This document shows, piece by piece, positions 28,834 through 37,491 of a stretch of DNA of 37,491 bases. The stretch is from the NCBI GenBank assembly GCA_937863565.1, contig CALMGJ010000019.1, forward strand, positions 1-37,491, given 5' to 3'. Numbering within the stretch: the stretch's first letter is position 1; every line of letters begins with the position of its first letter. The DNA comes from an uncultured bacterium. Lineage in GTDB: Bacteria > AUK180. The position numbers were made by a program, and so were the translations under genes. A model generated the notes under the pieces. That model had not been told where the DNA came from and made no database searches. It saw nothing but the letters and a program-made list of their open reading frames with translations.

Positions 28834-29966
28834 GCGGACGGTCATACTTTTCACCTGAGAAATGGATCCTTTATATCGTCCTTATTTTCTTCGCGCTTGT
28901 TTTTCTTTATCCGTTCATCTGGATGCTTTACACTTCCGTAAAATCGGATACGGAGATACTCGACCCCAATCCTCTTGCTCTGCCCAAGGTGAAATACTTC
29001 GCGCAGCTGCCGTCTAAAGAGGGGCAAAAAAAACCGCAATACATTGAAGTGATACCTTATTTCAAGGTGAAAATGCTCTCCGGGACACAGAGCGGGAGCG
29101 AGATACTGGAAGTGAAGAAAAGCGATCTCACTAGAAAGAAAGGCAAACTCCTTCTTCCCGACGGCCACCCGGTCGAACTCCTCAAATTCGGAAAGAACGA
29201 TATGGTCAAGACTGAGGTCGCCGTGAAAAGAGTTTCCGAAATTTCCGAGAAAATACGGGAATACAGGTACGGGGAACTGAAGAAGCGCCGTTTCCTTTTC
29301 GAGAACTTCCCTATAACGTTCAAAAAAGATAAGAACTTCATTCTGTATCTCAGGAACAGCCTGATGTATTCGATTACCGCGGCGCTCTTACAGCTCATAT
29401 TGGCGACCTGCGCAGCGTTCGCATTTGCGCGCTTTGAATTCAAAGGGAAAGAGGTGATATTCACTCTCTTTCTGAGCACGATGATGATCCCCTCGCAGAT
29501 GCTCCTTATCCCCAATTATCTCATCATCTCCAAACTTGGATTATACAATTCTATGCCCGGCGTCATACTGCCGTATTTGGCGAATATTACGAATATCTTC
29601 CTATTGAGGCAGTTCTTTAAGGCCATTCCTCATGACCTTTTCGATTCCGTGAAGATCGACGGCGGTTCCGTCCTGCACCAGTTCATCCACATCGCTCTGC
29701 CGCTTTCGCAGCCGATCCTGGTCACAACGGCGCTGTTCTCGTTCATCACCGAATGGAACTCGTTCATCTGGATACTGATCATAACGAACGACCCGACGAA
29801 ACAGACCCTGCAGGTGGGACTTTCGAACTTTTCTCAATCGTTCGGGACTGACTGGAATCTTTTAATGTCGGCCTCGACCATAGTGATAATGCCGCTTGTT
29901 GTACTCTATTTCTTCGTTCAAAAGAGGATAATAGAGAGCCTGGCACGCACAGGCATAAAAGGATGA
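28830..29966 (+). CDS. carbohydrate (CUT1) ABC transporter permease 2 with large extracytoplasmic insertion
   Basis: YPFIWM, AAFAFAR, TMMIPSQM, FLLRQFFKAIP..L.DSVKIDG, WNSFIW, FFVQKRI. Confidence 0.93.
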   Translation: MSGRSYFSPEKWILYIVLIFFALVFLYPFIWMLYTSVKSDTEILDPNPLALPKVKYFAQLPSKEGQKKPQYIEVIPYFKVKMLSGTQSGSEILEVKKSDLTRKKGKLLLPDGHPVELLKFGKNDMVKTEVAVKRVSEISEKIREYRYGELKKRRFLFENFPITFKKDKNFILYLRNSLMYSITAALLQLILATCAAFAFARFEFKGKEVIFTLFLSTMMIPSQMLLIPNYLIISKLGLYNSMPGVILPYLANITNIFLLRQFFKAIPHDLFDSVKIDGGSVLHQFIHIALPLSQPILVTTALFSFITEWNSFIWILIITNDPTKQTLQVGLSNFSQSFGTDWNLLMSASTIVIMPLVVLYFFVQKRIIESLARTGIKG

Positions 29967-29970
29967 CACG

Positions 29971-31248
29971 ATGAAAATGAAAGTAATTAATATCTTGATC
30001 GTTTTTCTGCTCCTTCTTACCGGCTGTCTCGGCGGCGGCCCGAAGAAATATTCTAATAAGGACGAACTTGTGTTCTGGCATTCGATGTCGGGCCAGATGG
30101 GTGATGTGCTCAAACAGCTCGTTGAAGAATACAATTCCACACAGGATCCCGCGATGAAAGTGCGCCCCATTTATAAGGGTAACTATTCTTCCCTGATCCA
30201 GTCGCTTCTTGCCGGCATACCGGCGAAAAACCTTCCGGATATAACTCAGGCCTATGAATCCTGGACATCGAAATTCATCGATAATGATATCATAGTCCCG
30301 CTCGAGGATTATTTCAGGGCGCTCCCCAAAAGCGAGCAGGATGATTTCTACAAGGTGCTCATCGATAATAATACTTTCAACGGCAAACTCTGGTCCATCC
30401 CGTTCAATAAAAGCGTTCCCGTGATGTACTACAACAAGGACATGTTCGAGAAATACGGGATAAATCCCCCTCAGAAATGGAGCCTTGACCCGGAGGAAAG
30501 CGAATTCGACAGAGTGTGCTCCATACTCACCAAGGATGACGATAACGACGGCATTCCGAATCAATGGGGTTATGCCTTCAATGTGAGCGTATGGATCTGG
30601 GAATGTTTGCTATTACAGGCCGGTGGACGCCTGGTGGATGAAACGGGGAAAAAGGTGCTCTTTAATGAAGCTCCCGGCAGGGATTCGCTCGAGTGGTGGA
30701 AAAAACTTCTCGACAGGAAATATTCGTTCAAAACGGCAGGTTTCGATTTCCAGAATAATTTCGCCGCCGGCAATGTGGGGATGATAATAACATCATCTGT
30801 GTCAAAGAGTTTCCTTTCGAACAAGATGACCTTTAACATGGCCATCACCGAAGTGCCGTACTATTTGAAAAGAGCGGTAGTGGTAAGCGGCACCAATGTT
30901 GTGGTGCTCAAGACAGAAAAAGCAAGGCAGGATGCCGCTTGGAAATTCCTGGCATGGCTCATTTCTCCCGAGATCACGGCCAAGTGGGCCGTTAAAACGA
31001 ATTACCTTCCGCTCCGGAGATCCGCACTCGAAACGGAGATCTTCCGGGAGGCCAAGAAGAACGATCCCTATATCGAAGTGCCGCTTTCCGAACTTGCATA
31101 CGCGTATTTCGAACCGGCTTCATCCGGATGGTATAATTCCAGGAACATCATCTCTGACGCGGTGGAGATCATAATGCTCGGCATCAAGGACAATGAAACG
31201 GCGCTGACCGATGCAGCCAAAAAAGTTGAAGCTGAATTGAATAAATAA
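29971..31248 (+). CDS. ABC transporter substrate-binding lipoprotein (UgpB-like)
   Basis: Lipobox [41 protein letters not shown]. Confidence 0.92.
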   Translation: MKMKVINILIVFLLLLTGCLGGGPKKYSNKDELVFWHSMSGQMGDVLKQLVEEYNSTQDPAMKVRPIYKGNYSSLIQSLLAGIPAKNLPDITQAYESWTSKFIDNDIIVPLEDYFRALPKSEQDDFYKVLIDNNTFNGKLWSIPFNKSVPVMYYNKDMFEKYGINPPQKWSLDPEESEFDRVCSILTKDDDNDGIPNQWGYAFNVSVWIWECLLLQAGGRLVDETGKKVLFNEAPGRDSLEWWKKLLDRKYSFKTAGFDFQNNFAAGNVGMIITSSVSKSFLSNKMTFNMAITEVPYYLKRAVVVSGTNVVVLKTEKARQDAAWKFLAWLISPEITAKWAVKTNYLPLRRSALETEIFREAKKNDPYIEVPLSELAYAYFEPASSGWYNSRNIISDAVEIIMLGIKDNETALTDAAKKVEAELNK

Positions 31249-31262
31249 AACGAGGTTCTAAT

Positions 31263-32966
31263 ATGAAGAAAGAGACCGAAAAGAAAAAGGAAGGGTTCAA
31301 GAAAAGGATAACCCTGAGCATAATCTTCGCTCTGGCTGCGTTCATCGCGATATGTATCTTCATTCTGAGCGTATTCTTCTTCTCCAGTAAAAAGTACGCC
31401 GAATCCGAACTGGAGAGCGTCGGCACGGTGCTCGTGAAAAACATGGTCTATTCACTTGACCTCGGCATCATAACCGAGGATCCCGAATTCCTGAAAAAAC
31501 CTTTCATGTCGCTCCTTAAAGTAAAGAACATGAACTGGGTCGGGGCATACAACAAAGAAGGACAGCTTATCTCCGGGGAAGGCGAATACCCCGAAAAAGC
31601 GGAAGACCGGGAATTCCTTCCTCCCGAGACGATAACGGAACTTGAGGCAAAGGATATCATCCATGTGAAAAGCGGAACGGAGCTGAGCTTCTATTCTTCC
31701 GTCTTTACCGAAGAGGACGGTGTAAGAACGAAGATCGGGTATATCAAGATCGTGATGAGCAGAAAGGCGGTCTTGAAAAGCCTGAGAACGATCTCCCATA
31801 TCTCCATACTCCTTCTGTTCTTGATCATCGCCGTTACTTTCGGGGCTTACCAGTTCGTTTTGAAGAACCTCTTTGACGGCTACGGCAAAATCAAAGCTGC
31901 CATCTTCGAATTGGCGCAGGGGAAGGGCGACCTTACATACCGCATCGAATACACGGTAAAAGATGAGCTCGGGGAGATAACGCAGTACCTCAATCAGTTC
32001 CTCGATATGCTGGAAAAACTCGTTTCGAAGATCTTCCAGATATCCGGGAACATACTCGATTACTCGGAGAACCTCTCGTCCGCCGCGGAAGAGATGTCGG
32101 CTTCCACGCAAGAAATATCCTCCACGATAGAAGAGCTCTCCGACGGTATGATGCATCAGAGCGAGAAGGTCGAGAACGTGAAGAACTTCATCAAGAAAGT
32201 GGCCGATTTCGCAATGTCCATCCGCGACGGCTCGCAGAAAACGCTTGACAGTTTCGATGAACTCGTCAACCTTGCCAACGATTCGAAGAACGAGGTTAAA
32301 AAATCCCTCTCCAGCCTCTCCGAAGTCAGGGAACTTTTTGTGAATATTGAACAGTTGATCAATGAACTCACGAATCTATCCAATCAGGTGGGCGAATTCG
32401 TAAGTTCGATAAAGAACATAGCAAATCAAACCAATCTGCTCGCATTGAACGCTGCTATCGAAGCTGCTCGTGCGGGTGAGGCGGGCAAGGGTTTCACCGT
32501 CGTTGCCGAGCAGGTCAAGAAACTTTCCGAGCAGAGTTCGCTGGAATCCGAGAAAGTTGAAGTGACAATTTCCAAGGTGCAGAAGCAGGTACAGACCCTG
32601 GCCAATACCATCACGAACGGCAGGGAGGTCATAAAGGGTCTTTCAAGCCTTTCCGCGAACACGGAGGATTCGTTCCTGAAGATATCCGGAGGCATCAATT
32701 CGGCAAATGAGAACCTCAATGAGATCAACGGCATGATCCAGCAGCAGGTGGATGAAACGAACCAGATCAGTGAAGCAATGCTGGAGATCGCAGCTATTTC
32801 GGAAGAGGGCGCCGCGTCAACGGAACAGGCCTCGTCCTCAACGGAAGAACAGGCCGCATCGATGGAAGAACTGTCGGCCGCCGCTATCGAACTTGCTAAT
32901 ATTGCGAAGAACCTTAAAAAACAGGTGGATCAGTTCAAGGTCAACCTCGGAAATGCGGAGAATTAG
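31263..32966 (+). CDS. methyl-accepting chemotaxis protein
   Basis: Two TM segments, HAMP (GDLT...DELG), hairpin tip [36 protein letters not shown]. Confidence 0.96.
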   Translation: MKKETEKKKEGFKKRITLSIIFALAAFIAICIFILSVFFFSSKKYAESELESVGTVLVKNMVYSLDLGIITEDPEFLKKPFMSLLKVKNMNWVGAYNKEGQLISGEGEYPEKAEDREFLPPETITELEAKDIIHVKSGTELSFYSSVFTEEDGVRTKIGYIKIVMSRKAVLKSLRTISHISILLLFLIIAVTFGAYQFVLKNLFDGYGKIKAAIFELAQGKGDLTYRIEYTVKDELGEITQYLNQFLDMLEKLVSKIFQISGNILDYSENLSSAAEEMSASTQEISSTIEELSDGMMHQSEKVENVKNFIKKVADFAMSIRDGSQKTLDSFDELVNLANDSKNEVKKSLSSLSEVRELFVNIEQLINELTNLSNQVGEFVSSIKNIANQTNLLALNAAIEAARAGEAGKGFTVVAEQVKKLSEQSSLESEKVEVTISKVQKQVQTLANTITNGREVIKGLSSLSANTEDSFLKISGGINSANENLNEINGMIQQQVDETNQISEAMLEIAAISEEGAASTEQASSSTEEQAASMEELSAAAIELANIAKNLKKQVDQFKVNLGNAEN

Positions 32967-33720
32967 GATACTGCGGACCGGAACGAACACGGGTCCCTAC
33001 AATATGGCCCTTGATGAAGCCCTTTTCCGCCATTACGGGAAAGACCGGGATCCGGTGCTCAGATTTTATGCCTGGGATATTCCCACGGTCTCCCTGGGTT
33101 ATTTCCAGCGCTCGGACATATTCGGCGCATATTTCGGTTCTCCGCACACGGGCCTCGTTCGCAGAATGACCGGAGGCCGTGCCGTCATCCATCATCTCGA
33201 ACTCACTTACAGTATTACTGCAGGTTATGATGATGTATTTGCGGGAAGCAAACTCACCGGATCTTACCATATCATAGCAAAGATGTTCAAGAAGGCTTTC
33301 GCCCGTCTGGGCATAAACATCGAGGTGGCGGAAAGCGCGGGAAGATCCAATTCGCCCAACTGCTTTGATGCCGCTTCCCTTTACGAGATCACCCTTGACG
33401 GGACAAAGATCATAGGAAGCGCCCAGTACCGGGACGCGGACAAATTCATCCAGCACGGCTCCATTGTTCTCGATATCGATTATCCTATCTGGAGCGAGGT
33501 GTATGGCGCCGGAGAAGACTCATTGAAGAACCGGTTCCGCGGCATCAACGCCATTTCCGGCCTTACGCTTAAAGCGGCCGATGTTGCCGCGAGCATTGTG
33601 AAGGCTTTCAGCGATGAGTGGGATGCTTATGATGATGCCCCTACGGAGGATGAGAAGAAAAAAGCAGAAGAATTGGATCGAGATAAATATTCCTCGAAGG
33701 AGTGGACACTGAGAAAATGA
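32953..33720 (+). CDS. lipoate-protein ligase / LipM-like octanoyltransferase
   Basis: [51 protein letters not shown]; start reassigned to ATG 32953. Confidence 0.9.
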   Translation: MRRIRILRTGTNTGPYNMALDEALFRHYGKDRDPVLRFYAWDIPTVSLGYFQRSDIFGAYFGSPHTGLVRRMTGGRAVIHHLELTYSITAGYDDVFAGSKLTGSYHIIAKMFKKAFARLGINIEVAESAGRSNSPNCFDAASLYEITLDGTKIIGSAQYRDADKFIQHGSIVLDIDYPIWSEVYGAGEDSLKNRFRGINAISGLTLKAADVAASIVKAFSDEWDAYDDAPTEDEKKKAEELDRDKYSSKEWTLRK

Positions 33721-34772
33721 GCGAATATCTCTACGAGAACACGGATGCCGCGGCGTCCTTGTCGCCTCTATATATCCTTGACGGCGACGAGAATTATTTT
33801 AAAAGGAAAGCCGTTGATTCGATAGTCCGGAAAGTCCTCGGTGGAACGAAAAGCCCGTTCAATTTCCAGGAGATACTTCCGGGCAATTATGAAGGTCCTC
33901 AAACGCTCGAGACCCATCTGTGCCAGGCCGGCCTTTTCTCCAAAAGAGTGGTCCTGATCAATTATTTCGACGATTTTTCCGATAAGGAAAAGAAAGAGAT
34001 CGTTGAAGTGCTCTCCCGCGGACGGTTCGTCACACCTTCCACAGATACGGTCGTTGTTCTTCAAACGGAAAAGAAGCTCGTCACATTCGGAAAAGGAGCC
34101 TGGACCAGGGATTTCACGAAACTGACATCCAAACCTTTCACCGCATATTATATCGCCTATCCTCCTCTGCCGGATAAACTTCTCGAGTGGACGGTCTCTT
34201 ACCTGAAAAAGAACGGACGGAGCATCGCGAAGGATGCCGCGCAGTATATACTGAAGTCCACGGATGCCACGCTCACGGCCGTGAAGGGTGAACTTGACAA
34301 GATCATCCTCTATACTCACGGCAAGGATCATATAGACCTTTCCGACATCGACGATGGCGTTGGGGATTACAAAGCGGTTACGGTTTTCGATTTCTGCGAT
34401 CATGCCCTTTTTTCAAAAAAGAAGGAGGCTCTTCTATGCCTCCGGAAGATCGCCGAGGAGTCCTCCGGCGGCTGGGACCTTTATATGCTTCAGATGCTCT
34501 GGCGTACTTATAAAAGGAATGTGGAGATTAAGACACAGATGGACCGGCTGAAAATGGACGATGCCGCAGTAAAAAAGTCATTAAATGTTCCTTTTTTCAG
34601 AAAGGACGAAGTGCTGAAAGGAATAAAAAAGCTTACGCTTCAAAATCTTAAAGACCAGATGAACGGCCTTTTTGAACTCGAATGCACGATAAAAGGCGAG
34701 GCCTCGAGCCAGTTCTTAAAACGCTACGCCTTTGAAAAATTCATTTTTGAATTGCCGGTAATTATGAATTGA
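33717..34772 (+). CDS. holA: DNA polymerase III subunit delta
   Basis: PLYILDGDENYF, GLFSKRVVLI, GELDKIILY, TVFDFCD; conserved holA-rpsT adjacency; ATGA overlap. Confidence 0.88.
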   Translation: MSEYLYENTDAAASLSPLYILDGDENYFKRKAVDSIVRKVLGGTKSPFNFQEILPGNYEGPQTLETHLCQAGLFSKRVVLINYFDDFSDKEKKEIVEVLSRGRFVTPSTDTVVVLQTEKKLVTFGKGAWTRDFTKLTSKPFTAYYIAYPPLPDKLLEWTVSYLKKNGRSIAKDAAQYILKSTDATLTAVKGELDKIILYTHGKDHIDLSDIDDGVGDYKAVTVFDFCDHALFSKKKEALLCLRKIAEESSGGWDLYMLQMLWRTYKRNVEIKTQMDRLKMDDAAVKKSLNVPFFRKDEVLKGIKKLTLQNLKDQMNGLFELECTIKGEASSQFLKRYAFEKFIFELPVIMN

Positions 34773-34901
34773 TCTGAGCCTTATATATCGCAAGGCAGAT
34801 AAACGGAAATTACAATCAGCGGATCCTTAATTGAAGAATAGATATTACCTTTACCGCTTCGGATACGGACCGTGTTGTTGATCCGGATCACGCCGTAACG
34901 G

Positions 34902-35204
34902 TTATTTAACCGGTTCCTTCTGCGAAGAATTGAAAATTTTCGTCAGTTCGGAAACTTTTCGTGCTGCTTTATTCCTGTGAATGATCCCTTTATCCGCGAC
35001 GGAATCGTAAAGAGAAACAAGCCCCTTGTAAAGTTTCGCGATCTCCTCTTTGGTTTTCTTTTCGTCTATGGCCTTCAGGAATTTCTTCTCTTCGGTTTTA
35101 ATCGACGATATAAAGTAATGATTTCTCGCGTGCCTTTTGGCGCTCTGCTTGATCCTCTTAATAGCGCCTTTGTGTCTTCTGACACTGGTATTCTGCTCAG
35201 CCAT
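34902..35204 (-). CDS. rpsT: 30S ribosomal protein S20
   Basis: HKGAIKRIKQSAKRHARN, KGIIHRNKAARKVSEL; SD GGAGG before ATG 35204. Confidence 0.95.
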   Translation of the reverse strand: MAEQNTSVRRHKGAIKRIKQSAKRHARNHYFISSIKTEEKKFLKAIDEKKTKEEIAKLYKGLVSLYDSVADKGIIHRNKAARKVSELTKIFNSSQKEPVK

Positions 35205-35228
35205 ATCAATAGCCTCCAATAAATTATT

Positions 35229-35257
35229 ATTATACATGAAAAATGCCTTCAAGTCAA
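35229..35257 (-). promoter_or_regulatory. sigma70 promoter for rpsT
   Basis: Minus strand TTGACT, 17 nt, TATAAT. Confidence 0.75.
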
Positions 35258-35305
35258 GTTTCTGCCCGTAATATCAGGGATCCGGAGCGGAAAATCCCCC
35301 GAAAC

Positions 35306-35334
35306 TTGCTTTTCTTGCGAAAAATCAATAAAAT
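35306..35334 (+). promoter_or_regulatory. putative sigma70 promoter for the protease gene
   Basis: TTGCTT (35306-35311), 17 nt, TAAAAT (35329-35334); SD GAGGT at 35343-35347. Confidence 0.55.
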
Positions 35335-35351
35335 TATCAAAAGAGGTAGAA

Positions 35352-37097
35352 ATGGGAAGGAAAACAGTATTTTTCATTATTATGACCATGATCGCCGCAC
35401 TGACTTTCACGGAAGAGGGTTTCTTATACAGGCCGTTCACAGAAGAGGATATCTCTTTGATGAAAGATTCGGCAGGTGTCCGGGGCACAGAAAAGAACTA
35501 CAATGTGATAATAAAAGGATTCGGAACGGGTTTTGCGCCGCCGTCCGCCGGATGGTATGAAAATATAGCGGGCCGGGGCCGTATCCTTGCTGGAACGGCA
35601 GGCATGAAAGCACCCGCTTCATACGACAATTCGGTCAAGATATGGTTCCCCCCTATCGGGAATCAGATGTACGAGGGTTCCTGCAGCTGCTGGGCCGCGG
35701 TATATTATATGAGGACTTTTCTCGAGGCGAAAGAAAGGGGTTGGGATTTCAGCACGGCCTCCTGGGATGTTCCCAATAATCAGCCGTCGCCCGCCGAATT
35801 CAGGCTGAAGACCTTTACACCGGATTTTGTTTATCATCAGATAAACGGCGGCGGCGATAACGGTTCATGGACAGGCGACGCAGCGGAACTGATGAGCCAG
35901 ATCGGCGCTTGCCTTTGGGACCATATGCCCTATGATGACGACAATCATACCGCTTGGCCGTCCGAAGCCGCTTGGCGCAATGCCCCGCCGTACAGAACGG
36001 GGGGGGATACGTGGATCTATTTAAATGATTCAGGCATCGTATCGATGAAGGACGTCCTGAGCACCGAAAAACTCATCGCCATCGCCATAGACGCATACGA
36101 ATACGATAAATTCGGTCCGGATGACCTCCTTACTGCGGATTCATATACGTCTGCTGTTACGAATCATGCAAATACCGTAGTCGGCTATGACGATAATTAC
36201 GGACCTTATATGGAAGGAGGCATTTCAAAGACAGGAGCGTTCAAAGTAGCAAATTCCTGGGGAACGGGAAGCTGGGAGAACGTGTCCGACGGGTTCTGGT
36301 GGATATCCTATGCCGCGATCAAGAAACTCGCGTATACCTGGGCTCATTACTACGAGGATAGAACGGCCTATGAACCGCAGCTTCTTGCCGTTCTCAACAT
36401 ATCGCACGCCGCCCGCGGCGATCTGATAAGAAAATTTCAAAGGATCGGAGGCGCAACGAAAAGTTTTGACGAGATATATTACAGGGGAGGAGCCAATCCC
36501 TACCCCTCTAACGATATCGTACTCGACATAACAGATATAACGGGAACGGGACCGCAAGATGTATACAGATTGAGCCTCAAGGACCTTTCCTCGGGAGAAC
36601 CTTATCCGGATAATGCGGGAACGGACAATGACGGCGATGTAGGCACATCAACGACGGGCTCGATCCAGAAATTCTGCATCGAGGATTATTCTGCCGCCGG
36701 CAGTGATTATTCAACACAGACGCCGGGCGCTAACTGGTGCTCTATCCAAATCCCGAAGAATACGGCCAACGGGGGAACGATCACCGTGGATGTGAGCGCT
36801 TTTGAAGATACTACGCCGGTAACGGTGGACATTTCCGATTCGCGGATATATCCCAATCCGCTCATATCCTCAAAGAACAGTTCCGTAACGATCACGGACA
36901 TACCGCTTGACGGCGAAGTGACCGTTTATACGCTTGCGGGCCAAGAGGTCTACTGCTACAAGAACAAAACCGCGGCAGGTTCGCATATCTGGGGCGGCGT
37001 CAATTCAGACGGTGATGCGCTTGCCTCGGGCATTTATATCTGCGTAGTGAAGGACGGCGATAGAAGCAAAGTAATGAAACTGGTAATTGTGAAATGA
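35352..37097 (+). CDS. secreted papain-family (C1) cysteine peptidase with T9SS-CTD/FlgD-Ig-like C-terminus
   Basis: Signal peptide; NQMYEGSC (Gln, catalytic Cys), NHANTVVGYDD (His), VANSWG (Asn); C-terminal IYPNP...VYTLAGQEV...WGG.NSDG..LASGIY...KLVIVK. Confidence 0.9.
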   Translation: MGRKTVFFIIMTMIAALTFTEEGFLYRPFTEEDISLMKDSAGVRGTEKNYNVIIKGFGTGFAPPSAGWYENIAGRGRILAGTAGMKAPASYDNSVKIWFPPIGNQMYEGSCSCWAAVYYMRTFLEAKERGWDFSTASWDVPNNQPSPAEFRLKTFTPDFVYHQINGGGDNGSWTGDAAELMSQIGACLWDHMPYDDDNHTAWPSEAAWRNAPPYRTGGDTWIYLNDSGIVSMKDVLSTEKLIAIAIDAYEYDKFGPDDLLTADSYTSAVTNHANTVVGYDDNYGPYMEGGISKTGAFKVANSWGTGSWENVSDGFWWISYAAIKKLAYTWAHYYEDRTAYEPQLLAVLNISHAARGDLIRKFQRIGGATKSFDEIYYRGGANPYPSNDIVLDITDITGTGPQDVYRLSLKDLSSGEPYPDNAGTDNDGDVGTSTTGSIQKFCIEDYSAAGSDYSTQTPGANWCSIQIPKNTANGGTITVDVSAFEDTTPVTVDISDSRIYPNPLISSKNSSVTITDIPLDGEVTVYTLAGQEVYCYKNKTAAGSHIWGGVNSDGDALASGIYICVVKDGDRSKVMKLVIVK

Positions 37098-37216
37098 TAA
37101 GCGAGAAATAAAATATGAATTAAACAGTTAGTTTATTACGGATGGACATGGAGATGTCTTCGGATTAGCAAGAAACTTGCCCGCGGTTGAAATAAGGAAT
37201 AAATATTTTTATATCT

Positions 37217-37265
37217 CGTTAACTCAATAATGAAGCGAGGCGATCAAATAGAGGTTAGAGGATAG
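37217..37265 (+). repeat. second copy of dispersed intergenic element (matches 23220-23268)
   Basis: 43/49 identity by hand alignment. Confidence 0.85.
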
Positions 37266-37307
37266 AGAAAAGAGAAGGGGAATAAGCGGCGGACAGGGAA
37301 ATAGATA

Positions 37308-37336
37308 CTGCATCACGGAGCAAGAAATTGTATAAT
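37308..37336 (+). promoter_or_regulatory. putative promoter for the last ORF
   Basis: CTGCAT, 17 nt, TATAAT (37331-37336). Confidence 0.45.
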
Positions 37337-37427
37337 TAAATAATATCGCACTTGGAGGCGGGAGATAAAGGAAGACCCCGTTGGTTATACATTTACGTTC
37401 AATTCAATAATAAAAAGGAGTACCGAT

Positions 37428-37491
37428 ATGAAAAAGGGAAGAATTGCCGTTTCGCTCATTGCCGTTCTGATATGCTTTGTGTGCCTTTCGT
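37428..37491 (+). CDS. start of an exported protein (truncated by window)
   Basis: SD AAGGAG (37415-37420); MKKGRIAVSLIAVLICFVCLS is signal-peptide-like. Confidence 0.7.
   Translation, partial: MKKGRIAVSLIAVLICFVCLS

Noticed and set aside
32752-32952. ORF-track N-terminal extension of the lipoate ligase
   Set aside because: It overlaps the MCP coding region in another frame; family similarity begins at ATG 32953.
34772-34800. Intrinsic terminator after holA (GCCTT/AAGGC stem)
   Set aside because: Weak bulged stem with a large loop and no convincing U-tract.

Overview
Chromosomal window from an apparently anaerobic bacterium with a diderm-type secretome (lipoproteins, an AsmA/YdbH-like protein, a protease with a YPNP-type C-terminal sorting domain); the lineage cannot be named without a 16S search. 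In order: (1) the 3' part of an rRNA operon (16S end, tRNA-Ile, tRNA-Ala, 23S, 5S); (2) a membrane protein, then a soluble-adenylyl-cyclase-like tandem cyclase + STAND NTPase followed by two detached TPR modules, the first reachable from the cyclase by a -1 frameshift; (3) an AT-rich islet with two orphan exported proteins; (4) an anaerobe oxidative-stress operon (FprA, ferritin, desulfoferrodoxin, flavin reductase, a rubredoxin missed by the ORF track, a rubrerythrin-like protein, a receiver protein); (5) a five-gene envelope operon (LPP20/FlgP-like, TPR-SLH lipoprotein, FlgT-like, FecR-domain, AsmA/YdbH-like) with no flagellar genes nearby; (6) a purine-rich heptamer-repeat spacer that partly recurs 14 kb downstream; (7) an FKBP with a duplicated N-domain; (8) a long operon: deoB with an extra C-terminal domain, ade, a CUT1 ABC transporter without ATPase, an MCP, a lipoate ligase and holA; (9) rpsT, a secreted papain-family protease and the start of a further exported protein. 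The best candidates for an undescribed system are the split/frameshift-linked cyclase-STAND-TPR locus and the non-flagellar LPP20-SLH-FlgT-FecR-YdbH operon. All family calls come from motif recognition by eye, not database searches.
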